Shown: in pieces, positions 37,471-50,810 of the stretch
Numbering within the stretch: position 1 is the stretch's first letter
How the letters are laid out: each line of letters begins with the position of its first letter
DNA from: Lama guanicoe
Taxonomy: Eukaryota
Assembly (NCBI GenBank): GCA_013239625.1
Contig: MU054323.1
Location: forward strand, 6,995,220 to 7,059,219
Direction: 5' to 3'
DNA length: 64,000 nt
Notes under the pieces: model-generated
Seen by the model: only the letters and a program-made list of their open reading frames with translations
Databases searched by the model: none
Told to the model about the DNA's origin: nothing
Position numbers and translations under genes: made by a program

Positions 37471-40400
37471 CTTCTCCCTTCTTTCCTTGCATTCATTCTG
37501 ATTGGCCTCCTTTGGCAACTCACCTCTGGAGTGTATCTTTAATTCTGGGAAGAGGTGGCATGAAGTAGAGGGCACATGAAAGTGGCAGAGGCACCAAAGT
37601 GACAGGTTTGGTGGATGAGGAACAATGTTGAGAGATTGGGGGTTTCAGGACAAAATTAGTAAGAATCTTGACATGGACCCTGTATTATACGTTCCTTTTA
37701 GAAAATTTCAGTAAGTATTCAGACTCACACTAGATATGTAGGAAGAATGAAGACCTCTCTCACAAGTCTGGCAGGAAGTATCTACATGTTTCTGAACATA
37801 GATAGATACCTGGACCAAAAATGTAAGTGCCTCTTAATTTACTGAAACATAAGAAGCTATCACCTAAAATCAAACCAACAAGATCAGAACAAATTTAACG
37901 TGATGCAGACCAGGAAGGCATCTTCTCCCCTCAGCACTCATGGCCCTTAGCCCCTCTGCAGTGGTTAAAATCCCAACTCTTGCTGTCTTGGCTCTCACAC
38001 ACCACGTTCTCCACATTCTTAAATGATTTCTCCAACGCCTCTTTCCTCCACTGCTCCCACTCCAGTCTGCCACCACAATCCCCCAAATCCTATCCTGGGC
38101 CCTTGCCCCTTCTTTTTTCTTCCTTCCTCCCAGCTCAGCAGAACCAACCACTCGCACAGTTTCAACTATGCTCCAATGTGAGTCCTTTCACCTGCACTTC
38201 CAGACGCGCATTTCCGGTTAGCTCTGGATTCTCCCAGCTGAATGTTCTGTTGGAATTTCAAATTCAATATGCACAACAGTTTATTTATAAATGCCCCCCA
38301 ATTTATTCCTCCCTAAACTTTTCCTTCTCTTGAACTTCTAGTGATGAAAGTCGCACGTCCTTCTCTGAGTCATTCAGGCTGAAAGCCTGGCATTAGCCTT
38401 TGCTGCTCTCTTGTCCCAGAGAAGCCACCTCTGCCATGTTTCTTGCACTGTCACTTCCTTTCCATTTTCATTGCCAACATTATCTTATCTCTTGACTGCA
38501 TGACTGTAAGAGTCTTCTAAGCAATCTCCTTAGCAACATTATACACTGTGCACATGTGCCTTTTTAAAGCCCTGGCTCAAAAATTCTTTAGTGCTTCCCT
38601 ACTGCCCACTCTCTAAAGTTCAAATTCTTTTTTTAACTGATAGTGACAGTTTCGGATCAGTCCTCCACCAATTTCCCAGTCTTAACCCCCTCCTGTCCCT
38701 GGAGGACATCTGGAAACACATCTCTTTATCTTTAATTTTCCAAGGTCTAGCTGTAACACCGTATCTTTTATATAGCTTTTTTGCCCTCTTCCTCATGTCT
38801 AATCCCCTACCCCTACAGAACAGAATGCAATCTCCCTAGCCCCTGGACTATCACAGCTTTTGTACTTCTAACAGTGCTCACATCACCTCTTGTCTAGTTT
38901 CATAGTTAGTAGCACATCCCACTGTCTTCCCCACTAGACTGTGAGCAGCATGAAGGCACACATCATCTTTCTGTCCCCCGCCGGGCTGAGCAAATATAAA
39001 AATTTGAGACATATTTGCTTAATTAAATGGCTAAATGTTCTATAGCAGAGAACAGAAGTAATGCCAAAGGGGAAAAGAAAGAACTTCAAAATGCAGATCA
39101 TGCTGTCCAGAGGGAGTTTTGTGTGTAAAAAGAGAAATAAGCTCAATGGATTCTGTTTCAAGGGCCTCAAGTTCAAGTCTGGGTTCCTCAACTAGCTACC
39201 TATGTCACCTTGAGTAAGACTTTATTACCTCAAATGTTAGTTTACTTGTCTGTAAAATGGAAAGATTAAAGTAGATGCTCAACGGTCCTCCACAGTTCTA
39301 TTATTATCTCCCCAAACAGCCTTCTAACACTAGTCCTGGAAGGCTTGCTGCATCCAAAGTTTAATTAAATAGGATGCTAAAGGAACTGTGATTATTTAAT
39401 TTTTAAAGCAGAGGTGTAGCTTTCTAGGTTAGAGAAAGCTGTTAGTTTAATATTACTCAGGCCTCAGAAAGTTTTTTATCGACCCACGACTCATCCCAGT
39501 AGACTCCAGAATTCAGTTTTGTGCACCAGTGGAAGCAAGACTCATGGTAAGATACAGGCCCTGCCATTCCCTCAGGAGTCCCCTCCCTGACACTTTCCTC
39601 TGAGACTGCTGTCTGACACACTAAGTACACTGTCTTTTCTCAGCAGACCCAGGACTGGTGACAGTGGAAGCTTCAATGGAGGACAGGCTATGGTTTCAGG
39701 AAGCCAGGGACCGTGAGAGTGGCCATGGGTACTTCACTAGCTGTGTGCTGAGCAAAGGTGTACTCTGGTCAGTTTAGGGTTTAGAAGGAAGATGATGCCT
39801 TTGGCCTTGTCAAAAAGGAGGGTTTGAGCCACAGACAGCAAATATTTGACAGAAAAGGAGAGATTAATACTATTTTTGGAGAAAAGGTACTTTAGAAGTG
39901 ATGATTTCAGGGAACTTTTAAAATTATACTTCTATTTTTGTGAGCTGCTGAAAAAAGCCATCACAATTTTGGGGTTCCAATAACAAGAGTCTAGTGTCTA
40001 ATGACAGAAAGTAACAGAACACTCAGTGTTTTTCATTAGTTAGGCAACATCTGGAGTGTTGTGTCCAGTTTTCAACTCCCATCAGCTAACTCCCTGCCAG
40101 CTAACTGGCAGTGATCCACAAAGCATGCTGATAGGTCTATCTGTGGCAGGAATAAAAAATGTTTTACCTGGAAAGGAGTAGGTTAACAAGTATTAGAAAG
40201 GCTCTCTTGTAGGAGCACAGACTCAGCCTATGTTGCTTCAAAAAAAAAGGCCAGGGCAAAAGTCAAAGGAAGGCAGCCTTCCTAAGAGAGAAGTTGTTAA
40301 TCTATAAAGGATTAAGTTGTGAAGCAGTGAGACCCCCATCATTAAAGATATTCATTCTCCAAACTCTCACAGTCTGTACCACTCAAAACTTTTCCATGTA

Positions 40401-40959
40401 TTACACTGTCCCTGGATTCCTACCAACCTACGTAACTCTTACTTATCCATCAACACTCAGTTTAAATGCAGTTTCCTTCAACAGGACTTCCTGACCTTCC
40501 AGATAAGCTAGGTCTGGGTATTAAGTCCCAAGTATTCTGTCATTTGTCTAACATGTGTCTTCTCTGACATATTTATGTGCCATGAAAACAGGGGCTGTGT
40601 ATTTCCAGCGTGCAGCACAGAAATTGGCATTTTCTTATCTGGTGAATGAATGATGGCCATCAATCAGGAATGCTGCAGAAAAAAATCTTACAACGGCAGA
40701 GGTCTGGACCACATTAATTCTCAGGCGTCTTCTAACTCTCCATCGACATGACTTTGGTGTAATCTAAGACTTGTATTAGCATTTCTGGTAGAATCTGTGT
40801 CAAATTTGGGTTCACCTAGAGCCTCCATGCCTTTTTCACTGACAACATTCTATACTTGTGAAATTGATTTAATCCACTTCAAGGTTTCACATTTAAAAGG
40901 AATTTATTTTACCTAAATATTTGGGTACAGTCACAAGATGGAAGATTTCGCAGCCATTA

Positions 40960-43895
40960 AAGGTTATGTTTTCCTCTATTCTTCCCACTAAGTACAAGCA
41001 AAAATTCTGGACATTATATGTAAAACATACATAAGAAGACTGGAATATGGAGAGAAGAAGGCATACAAGCTAGGGACCTGGGGCCCTGAGGCATGACACA
41101 GCAGCGAGTTCCCTGGTTTTCTCCTGCCTCATGTATCCAAGACTTGAAACTGCAGAAGTACAACTTGGAATTGCCAATAGGTGTCCAGCAAAAGCCTGCT
41201 CTCTTTAGTGAAGGATCAAGAAAAACAAAAAAGCTTCAGAGGCTAACCATTCTACTCCAGCCCGACCCCTCATAAGTCTGTCTCTCCATCCCCACTCACC
41301 CAAACAAAGGCTGAGTGGAAATTTTAGAAAAGTAAATTACTGAAAAATGCAATGACTGTAATAAAAAAGCTTAGTAGTTGGGCTCAAGAGCAGAATGGAG
41401 GAGACAGTGGGAAAAAAATCAGTGAAAAGCAAAATAATAAAATTACCTAATCTAAGTAACAGAGAGAAAATAAACTTTAAAAAAAGAAAAGAAAAGAAAC
41501 AGAAAAAGAACAGAGCCTCAGGGCCCTGGGGGACTACAACAAGATCAGAGTTTGGGAAGGAGAGGAGAAACAGGGTGGGGCTGAAAAAGTACTCAAAGAA
41601 ATAAGGGCTGAAAACTTTCCAAATTTGGCAAGAGATATAAACCTATAGATTCAAGAAGCTGAGAAAACCCCACACAGGAAAAACCCAAAGAAATCCATGC
41701 CAACACATTATAAATAAACCTTTAAAAACTAAAGACGAAGGAGAAAATCATGAAAGCAGCCAGAGGGAAAAAGGACACCTCTCTGAACTTCACTAAGTTA
41801 GCCTTCCCAATAAACATCCCTCTCCTTCAGAAATCCCACTCTTCCCTGAGAGCAGTGACATTACAGGGGACAACAGGCTCAATGAGTACAAGAGCTGGCC
41901 TCAAAATAACTGCACAAACGATCAGGAAATCTAAGTAGGGAAAAGGAAAATTACCATAAGAGGAGAAATGATTCTCCTATAACATGAAATAAGTTGAAAT
42001 TAGAGAAAGCAGCAAAGTAGGAAGTTTTCTGTGATATGTACTATTTTCCCATGAAATACAATGTTTAAAAAACTGCTGCTTTCTTAATGCAGCACTGAAA
42101 CAATTTTACAGCAGAGATTTTAAATTTAAGATGAAATGGACCTGATCTCATATAAAAAAAAGTATTTACAATGTTAAAAAAAAAGTGAGGGGAAAAACAT
42201 TTCAAATTACAGCATATTTCTCATCGGAAACCATGAGGCCACAGGAAAGCAGTACAGTATTTTTCAAGTGTTGGAAAAAAAAGAAATATCAACCCAAAAT
42301 CCTATAACCTCCAAAAAAAATTCTTCAGGAAAAAGGGGAAACATTCTCAATCAAGGAGAACTAAAAGAATCTGTTGCCAGCAGACCTACAATAAAGAATG
42401 GCTGAAGGAGTTCTCCCAACAGAAGGGAAAGGATAAAGGAAGGACCCTGGAACACAATGAAGGGTGAAGGAGCAGAGTAAGCAAAAGTAGGAGTGAATAC
42501 AATATGCTTTCCTTCTCCCTTAAGTTTTCCAAATTATGTTTGACAGTTAAGTAAAAAGTAAGCACTGTCAGCTGTGGTTCTATTGTATGTAGAGAAAATA
42601 TTTAAGACAATTTTAAGTGGGAGACGGAAAAGGGATGTAAAAGGAGAAAAAGCTTCCACACTCCACTCAAGCTGTTAAAATGACAAGAGCAGTAGACGGC
42701 GATAACTCATGCAGCGTAATAACTAGAGCATCTGCTAATAAAGCTATGCGGAAAGATTTCTCAGAAACACTACAGACAAATCAAAATGGAACTCAAAAAG
42801 TGTTCAAGTGACCCACAGGAAGGCAGGAAAAAGAAAACAGAAATGAAAAACAGAAAACAAGGAAATAAAATAGTAGACCTAACATATCAATAATTACATA
42901 AAAGTGGTCTAAATATACCAATTAAAGGACAGAAATTGGCAGAACAGATTAAAAAAACAAGATCCAACTATGTATCGTCTTATAAGAAAGTCAATTCAGA
43001 TATGATATAAGCAGGCTGAAAGTGAAAGGAGAGAAGATGTATCATGCAAACATCAACCAAAGGCAGGCAGAAATACCTATTTAACATCAGATAAAATAGA
43101 CATTAGAACAAAGAAAATTACCAGAGACACAGGGGGATAGCATATAATAATAAAATTATATAATTAGGACATAGTAATCCTAAATGTGTATGCACCAAAC
43201 AAGAGAGTTGCAAAATGTGCAAAGCAAAAATCGATAGAACTGAAAGAAAAAATAGACAAATTCACCATTTAGTTGGAAACTTCAACAACCCTCTCTCAGC
43301 AATTGATAGAATAACTAAACTGAAAATCAGCAAGGACATAAAAGAATTCAACAACATCATTGACCAAGAGAATCCAATAAATAATTATAGAGCACTCCAT
43401 CCAACAATAGCAGAATACACATTCTTCTCAAGTGCCCATGCAACATATATATACCAAGACATATCCTGGGCCATGGGAAAAAAAAAAACCTCAATGAATT
43501 TAAAAGAACTGAAACCATACAGTGTGTTTTCTGATCACAAGGGAATCAAACTAGAAATCAATAAGAGATGGCAGGAACATTTCTAAACATTTGGAAACTA
43601 AACAACACACTTCTAAATAATCCACAGGTCAAACAGAAAGTCTCAAGGGAAATAAAAAAAAACACACTGAATGAATGAAATGAAATAGGAGTGAAAATGA
43701 AAATACAACATATCAAAATTTGTGGGACACAGCTAAGCAGTATTGAGGGGAATTTATAGCACTAAGTGCATACATTAGAAAAGAAGAAAGTCTCAAATCA
43801 ACAATCTGAGCTTCCAACTCAAGAACCCAGAACAAGAAGAGCAAAATAATCCTGAAGCAAGTAGAAGGGAGGAAGGAAAGAAAAGAGCAGAAGTG
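40960..43895 (+). mobile_element. Old L1: 5' region, degenerate ORF1 and ORF2 endonuclease domain
   Basis: ORF 43215-43586 translates to VGNFNNPLSAIDR...KISKDI...YRALHPTIAEYTFFSSAH...FSDHKGIKLEIN, typical of the L1 ORF2 endonuclease; frameshifted. Confidence 0.88.
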
Positions 43896-44454
43896 AAATG
43901 GCCAAACTAGAGAAGACTGAAGAGCCTGCTTAGGGAAAATGAAAAACTAAGGAAGGAAAAAGAAACAAGAATGGCCATGAGATTCATTCTGAGACCACTC
44001 AGGACTGATAAGCAGATGAAAGGAAACCAAGTGAGACTGCTTTAGCTTCTTCTGGGGGCAAGACCACACACGCCTGAGCAGTGAACTGGAACGATCGCTC
44101 TGGAACCTCGCTGCCAAAGAAGTCACATTACTGAATTCTTAAGGCTCAGGACGAATGTGATTATCTTTTCACAGTCTGGGCTAAGGTATAAAGTAAAAGC
44201 AACAGTCCCTTAAAACGTCTTAACTAAGTGTTTGAAACATTCGCAATAAAATTTCCCACTGCTATTTAAGGAGAGATCACAAAAGACCAACAGATAAATC
44301 CATCAAGTTAAGGCTCAGAAGGGAAGCCAAACACCAGCTGAATTTACCTGTTTTTACACATGACTTGAATACCGGTCGTTTTGATAATTTGGTATCTTTC
44401 CCTCAACCCACTGACAATACTGGATATAGGTTTTTTTCAAAAAGGCTTTCTTAC

Positions 44455-44524
44455 CTCATAGAAGAAGGGATGTCCAGCCATATCAAAGATGTTAACTTTG
44501 ATTTCTCTGTCTCTGACTTGTACC
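44455..44524 (-). CDS. DNAJC27: DNAJC27 coding exon 3
   Basis: TTTCAG|G...TATGAG|GTAAG; 70 nt; VQVRDREIKVNIFDMAGHPFFYE, containing the G3 motif DMAGH. Confidence 0.95.
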
Positions 44525-46796
44525 CTGAAATGTTCAAACAGAAACAATCCCAAATGGTTTGTGCATTCATATTAATATCATGTATATCGCTTATGAATTT
44601 CAACAGGTTACATGTATGAAATTTAAAAAAGGCTTTCTTAGTGCCTCTTCTTGATTCCAGATAATCATTACAACAAGAGCCAGTGTGACCTGGCAGGTAA
44701 TCATGCCTCCTGTTTTAGGAACACTGAACTCACTTGGCATAAGCCACCCTTGTTTACCTTCATCTTACCTCAAGACACTTCATCAACACCCTGAAACAAA
44801 CAAATGGTAGCTATTACTGTGGCACTAACAAAAAATTGATTTGGGACAAGCAGGAGCAAGATAAAGGAAACCAAAATGTTTTATTTCACTCAGTAAGACA
44901 TCTTAATTACTACTTCATGCTTGGTTACCATGCAGTACAATAAATAGTACAAATAATGGTACAAAGATGTGTATCATTACAATGTTTGTTTAATTCTTGT
45001 ACGATCTTCATTTGAGCAAGAGCAATAGTCAATTTGTTTTCAGAAATTTGAAAATAGAGAAAAGAACAAAAAGAGGAATAACAACCATTGATGCCAGAAT
45101 TAACTACTGTTAACATCAGAGCATACTTGCTTCTAGTTTTTTTTTTTTAAAGAAAAATCACTATTGGAAAATGAATGAATGAAACACTGTAAACAACTCA
45201 AACACTTGAAGGTTTAAAAGTTATCCGAAATCCTACCACTCAGGAAAAACCCTTCATTAATCTAGATGAATGTTACTTCAGACTTCTTTCTATGCATAGA
45301 TAAGATTGATAAACATAAATATTTTTATAAAAAGGAATTATATTATCTTAAAATAAAAATATAAAATTTACTTTTCATTGAATTTAACAAAAGAAAAAAA
45401 GAAACTGAAGTAAACTGGGAGGAATCATTGGCTTTATATACAAATGTTCTTCACCACAGAAATATTATTTCCTAAAAGATTCCTCTAAGGTTAAGAATAG
45501 AGATTATTAACCATAAGTTGACAGATTTAGAGTTGTTATGTTTTTTTTAGGAACATGCTTCAGTTTAGACAGCTTTGTTAGGACTCCCTCCAACAGAACA
45601 CAAGGACATCAGCACCTGTTCTCATTGTTTCTTCACTACTTCCTGGTTTATTAATTATTATCATTAGTCTCTGCCCAAGTTTAGAATACCCACTTTCTAT
45701 TCTGAAAACAAAATTCCTACAGTTATTTTATATTACTCATATATTTAAATCTAACTAATCACTAATCATCTTATCAAGATTTCTTCATTCCTGAATTCTC
45801 TACCATATTTCATCAATTCTAAGATGTACATGTTTTCATTTTAACATCTGTGAAATTAGGATCCATCTTATAAAAGTCAGTGTGAGAACAGCAAAATAAT
45901 AATAACAAAATAACAACAAAATAATAACAGAGTTTCAGAGCATCTGGAGAAGATCTTGTATAACAGTTTATATTAGAAAATTTCACCTTAAAAATATAGC
46001 AGCTGAGAAGGGATGGAACTGAAGTTTATAAAATCCAGAAGTAACACAAATATGTTCACACGTTGAAACTCAAAAGAGGTCAATTTAATTCAGAAGTCAG
46101 ACAGAGGAAATTTACTTAAGAAAAATGACAATTCATTACCTCAATTCGCTGCTTTCCTGAATTGTGGCCTGAAGACCACCTGCACTATAATTATAGAAGT
46201 GGGGGGTGTTTTAAACGTAGAGTCCTGTGCCCCACCTCAGGCCCTGTGAATCAGAATCTCAGTGGGTGGATCTTAGGAGTCTTCATTTTTACAAACTCTG
46301 CAAGTAATTTAAGCATATTGAAATCTGAAGGACGGAATGGGCATCTACTGTTTTGACTGCCCAAAAGAGTACCCCTCTTCCAACTGAGGTTTAAATGGGT
46401 TCTTCCATCTTCTTTTTTGATGCTACTCTGCTTGCCTAACCGAGTGGGAAAGCCACAGTTAACTGAGCTGGGGAAAGGTACCTGCACTCACTTAGACAAT
46501 CAAAACCTTCCCTGGGGTTTTCAAATTTGGGTTTAGTTTTGGTAAGCCTGAGAGCTACTGGCAGCTGTGTATAGGGAGCCAAAAGCTAGAGAGAGAGAGA
46601 GAGATGTCATGAAATGATTGGGCTATATTCTGTCCCTGGTTCCAGCAATCTCTGAAACCCAGCTACATCCTTATAATTGGATAATGTGAATTGGTTAATA
46701 TCCCTTTTTTAAATTTTTGGCTTGAGTCACGTTCCTGTCAGTCATATTCTCCTCCTCACCATGAGCAAAAAAAAAATTTCAACCAGAAACAGAATA

Positions 46797-47145
46797 CAGT
46801 CAGTCCTCTGTATCCATGGGTTCTGTATCCATGGATTCAACCAAACTTGATCAAAAATATTCAGGAAAAAAAAATTCCAGAAAGTTCCATAAAGCAAAAT
46901 TTGAATTGGCCACAAGGCGGCAACTATTTACAAAGTATTTACATTGTATTTACAACTATTTATATAGCATTTACATTGTATTAGGTATTATAAGTAATCT
47001 AGAGATGATTTAAACTGTCGAGAGGATATGCATTGCTTATATGCAAATACTATACCACTTCATATAAGGGACCTGAACTTCTACAGATCTTGGTATCAAC
47101 AGAGGGTCCTAGAACCAATATCCCTTGGATAGTGAGGGATGACTG
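46797..47145. mobile_element. Complete non-autonomous TcMar-Tigger element (MER2/MER2B-like), 349 bp
   Basis: Terminal inverted repeats CAGTCAGTCCTCTGTATCC / GGATAGTGAGGGATGACTG (15/19 complementary), with TA on both flanks (46795-46796, 47146-47147). Confidence 0.88.
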
Positions 47146-47369
47146 TAGTCTGCTGAATAAACCACAATTCTATGGCATAACATGGTAACCCTCATTTCTT
47201 AGATGAATGAATTAGCTATTTCAAAAAACTGACTTAAATAGGATATCTTACATTATCATTGATGCAATCCTGCGCCCTGAAGTATAGATACACCCCTGCC
47301 ACTTTAGTCTACCTTCTTTGAATGTTGCCCTTGTATTCTAATCGGCAAACTCCCTCTTTAGACATATCT

Positions 47370-47513
47370 ATCTTACCCAACAATAAGTATTTATTCAGCA
47401 TTTACTGTGTATAAACACTGTGCCAGGCACCTGGAGACAATCTTACCCAACAATAAGTATTTATTCAGCATTTACTGTGTATAAACACTGTGCCAGGCAC
47501 CTGGAGACAATCT
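47370..47513. repeat. Perfect 70-bp tandem duplication
   Basis: 47371-47440 is identical to 47441-47510, with 4-bp ATCT microhomology at the junction. Confidence 0.97.
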
Positions 47514-49380
47514 ATACTCCACGCCCCTTCTTCATGGGGCTTATAGTCTAGCAGAGAACATTAAACGTATACAAATAAGAACGCAACACAATTTACGCTA
47601 AGATCTATGACTAGCAGAGAATCTTAATATTTCTGTCGTTTTCAACTAAAATGAGTCCTGACTGATAGAAGAGGTGTTCAGAAGGCCTTATGGGAACAGG
47701 AACACTTTACAACTGACAGGTTGACAGGAGACTGACAGAGAGGAGGGGAAAGAACATTTCAGGTGGACAGAATGAATGACGGCACTGAGACAGGAAAGTA
47801 TGATGACACAGGTTCAGTGTGGACAGAGAGTAAAGTGTGGAAAAGAAAATAATAAGAGAGGAGGGAGGGGTGGGCTGAGGCCAGAATAGTGAGTACCTGA
47901 AATTCCACCTGTGGGCATACATTGTCCACCCCAAATCCACTCTTTAGCAGTGTGGCTTCCTGTTAATGTAGCCCTGTCTCCCCAAGCTCAACCCACCCTT
48001 GGTTCATCTCCGAAGAAATCCCCACTTCTACCCAATTTCAAGATAGATCCATTTAGAAGGGTTCTGAATTTCTATATAATTTGCAAGCCCAAGGAAACAA
48101 TAAATGTACTCACTTTGTGACTCCATAGTCAATTCCGATTGTTGCAAGGTATTTAGACACAAATCTTTTCTCACAGTATCGCTTTATAATACAGCTCTAA
48201 AAAGGTAAAAATATATGCTTTTAGTAAAAACACTCTAGGAACATATACAAAATAAGCGAATTTCTTCATTATGGTTTCTTCATTCATCACTATGAGAAAG
48301 CTTTTTCAGAAGCCAAAACTATAAGATAGTTGAAATGATACTAAAGGTGAAGTTTTTAAAGAAAAATTATTTTTAAATTCTTCCTCTAATACCAAATATG
48401 GGTATGTTTTTAGTTTACTTCTCAGTCCTTGTTCTCTTTTCTTTAATTCTTTCATTAATAACACCAAAACATCTGTCTAGCTTGCCCTTCCTCCAAGACC
48501 AGAGCCACATCTCCAAATACCTACTATACTAATTTCTACTTAGCTGCCCCACTGTTCCTCAGATTTACCTTGTCCAAAACATGAACTAGTGTTATACATA
48601 AAAACAGCTCATCCTGATGACATCCTAGTTCTGTTAATAATGCCCCCATTTTCCCAATTACAGAGGATTAAAATATTAAAGTCACGTTTGATTTGAGTCT
48701 TTTAAAATCTTCTTTTGAATGTTTCTTCCATCTTTCACCTCATTTCAATTCCTATTGATACCACTGTGGTTTAGGTCTTCATCATCTACTCCCACACAAC
48801 TCTAGGAAATTCTTTATTGGTCTTCATGCTTCCTTTCCCTCTCAACTTCAATCAGTACAGCACACCACTAATGTTATTTCACTTTCCTAGCTCAAAAATC
48901 TTCAGTGGTTTCTCACTGCCAAGAGTTCAATATCCAAACTCCTTTGTCCTTATTCACATCCCTCCATAAAATGGCCCTAATCTGTCTTCTCTGTCAAAAT
49001 CCTTCTACACAAAGCCTCCATTTCTGCCAAATTCCCAGGCCTGACTTCCTGATTCTTCTCATGACTTTTCTGTCTACTTGGAATGAGCTTTCTCTTTTCT
49101 TTCCAAATCTTACTTATCCTTTAAGGCCCAGCACAAACCTGGAGCACCCAGGTCATAAGAGATGTTGCCTACATCTGAACTCCTCTAGCACTTTTTACAT
49201 ACTACATATGTATATGTACTATATACATAGCATATAACATATTTGCCATCAGTCATACACTGCCTTGTTGTTCTTTTCACATGTGTATATTTACCTTCTC
49301 TCTTCAGCTAGACAGTAAACTAATTGAGGGCAAGCACCAGTATTTCACTCCTTTATATCTGAGCAATTCAGTGTCAGTGA
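47380..49380. mobile_element. L2 remnants flanking DNAJC27 exon 2 (other L2 pieces at ~27600-28260 and ~37900-39030)
   Basis: L2 3'-end motifs TATTTATTCAGCATTTACTGTG..TGTGCCAGGCAC and TAGACAGTAAACT..TTGAGGGCA. Confidence 0.6.
48114..48196 (-). CDS. DNAJC27: DNAJC27 coding exon 2
   Basis: TTTTAG|AGC...ACAAA|GTGAGT; 83 nt; SCIIKRYCEKRFVSKYLATIGIDYGVT(K), containing the G2 motif TIGID. Not in the ORF track. Confidence 0.95.
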
Positions 49381-50677
49381 GAAACCAATTTAAAATGACT
49401 TGTATATTAATAGCAATTCTTAGCACTCATGAAACATAATTTACTGGAAGTGCTGGTAATGAAGCTTATTCTGCTCAAACCCTTTCCTGATGAACCTCAA
49501 TCTAGTTAAATAGGACAACTACTTTAAAAAGTACTTAATAAGTCATTGTGAACTGAAGGAAAAACTTCTTTGGAGTGACTACTGCTAGGAGGCTACACTT
49601 TTAAAAACAGCTTGAAAGCACTTTGAGAATGTTTTCTCTCACAATATTCTAGAAAAAATAAACACAGCCTTTTCTAAATTATTCATAAGATTAAGGGACC
49701 TGGAAGTCCTTTAACTCCAGTACACTATTCAAACACTAGTCCTAAGTATTTAAAGAGATACACAATTAATTAACAGTATAAATAACCACTTGCTATAACC
49801 AAAGGGTTCCTAGGCCGTAGGATCTTACAAGCTAAGTTAAATAACATAAATATAGAGAGAATTTTTTTGCTTTCTCTACTTTTAAGGAAATAGATTTTTA
49901 AGGCATTTTTCTTTTTTAATGCAGTTCCAAGTAAAATCTTAACAACTTCGCATCTTTTTTTCCCTAACAGAATTATTCTAAATTTCATATGAAAGAACAG
50001 CTATCTGAGAAGAACTAATCAAAGTATGAAAAACAGGAAAGGGGCAGGGCAGTAGAAAGAGGTGGGAATTTGCGTTGACAGATAATAAAATATAGCCTGA
50101 AGCCAATTGAGACAGTATTATACCGACATAAGAATAGACAAGTAGGTCAGTAAAACAGAACAGAGAGCTCAGAAATAGACCACATTATAAAAGGAAATTT
50201 AAAAAGTGACTAAGGTGATATTTAAAGTCACTCCATAGTGGGGGTTCGAAATTTTCAGATACTAACTGCTATATATAAAATACATAAGCAACAAGTTTCT
50301 ACTGTGTTGCACAGGGAACTATATTGAATATCTTGTAGTAACCTATAATGAAAATGAATATGTGTATGTATATGTATGACCGAAACATTATGCTGCATAC
50401 CAGAAATTGACACAACATTGTACACTGACTATACTTCAATAAAAAAAGAATGCACAAAAGACAAAAAGTAAAGTCAATGAGTAAAAATGATTTATTTAGT
50501 AACTGGGCCCTTAACTTCCCTATATACAAAAATAAATCACAGATAAATTTATGATTAAGTATTTAAAAATAAAACAATAAAAATTTCAGAGGAAAATGTG
50601 CAACATACGTACAACCTTAGGGAAAACTTCTCAACTAGAAAGAAAACCCAGAAACCATAAAAGAAAAGACAAACATA

Positions 50678-50810
50678 GGGGTTGGGGAATAGCTCAGCAG
50701 TAGAGCACATGCTTAGCATACAGGTGGTCCTAGGTTCAATCCCCAGTATCACCATTAAAAAAATTTAAAAATACATTAAGATAAAGATTACAAGAATTAT
50801 TTAAAAAAAA
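50678..50810 (+). mobile_element. tRNA-derived SINE of the same family
   Basis: ATAGCTCAGCAGTAGAG..GCTTAGCAT..GGTTCAATCCCCAGT plus an A-rich tail; diverged TSD AAAAGACAAACATA (50664-50677) / AAAAGGCAAATATA (50811-50824). Confidence 0.8.

Noticed and set aside
43215..43586. Endonuclease-like ORF as a possible domesticated gene
   Set aside because: A frameshifted fragment within a collinear decayed L1
43898..43990. Coiled-coil-looking translation (MAKLEKTEE / LRENEKLRKEKETRM)
   Set aside because: Needs a frameshift, is very short and purine-rich, and no parent gene is recognised
47370..47513. Possible CRISPR-like or satellite array
   Set aside because: Only two abutting copies with no spacers, in a eukaryotic context
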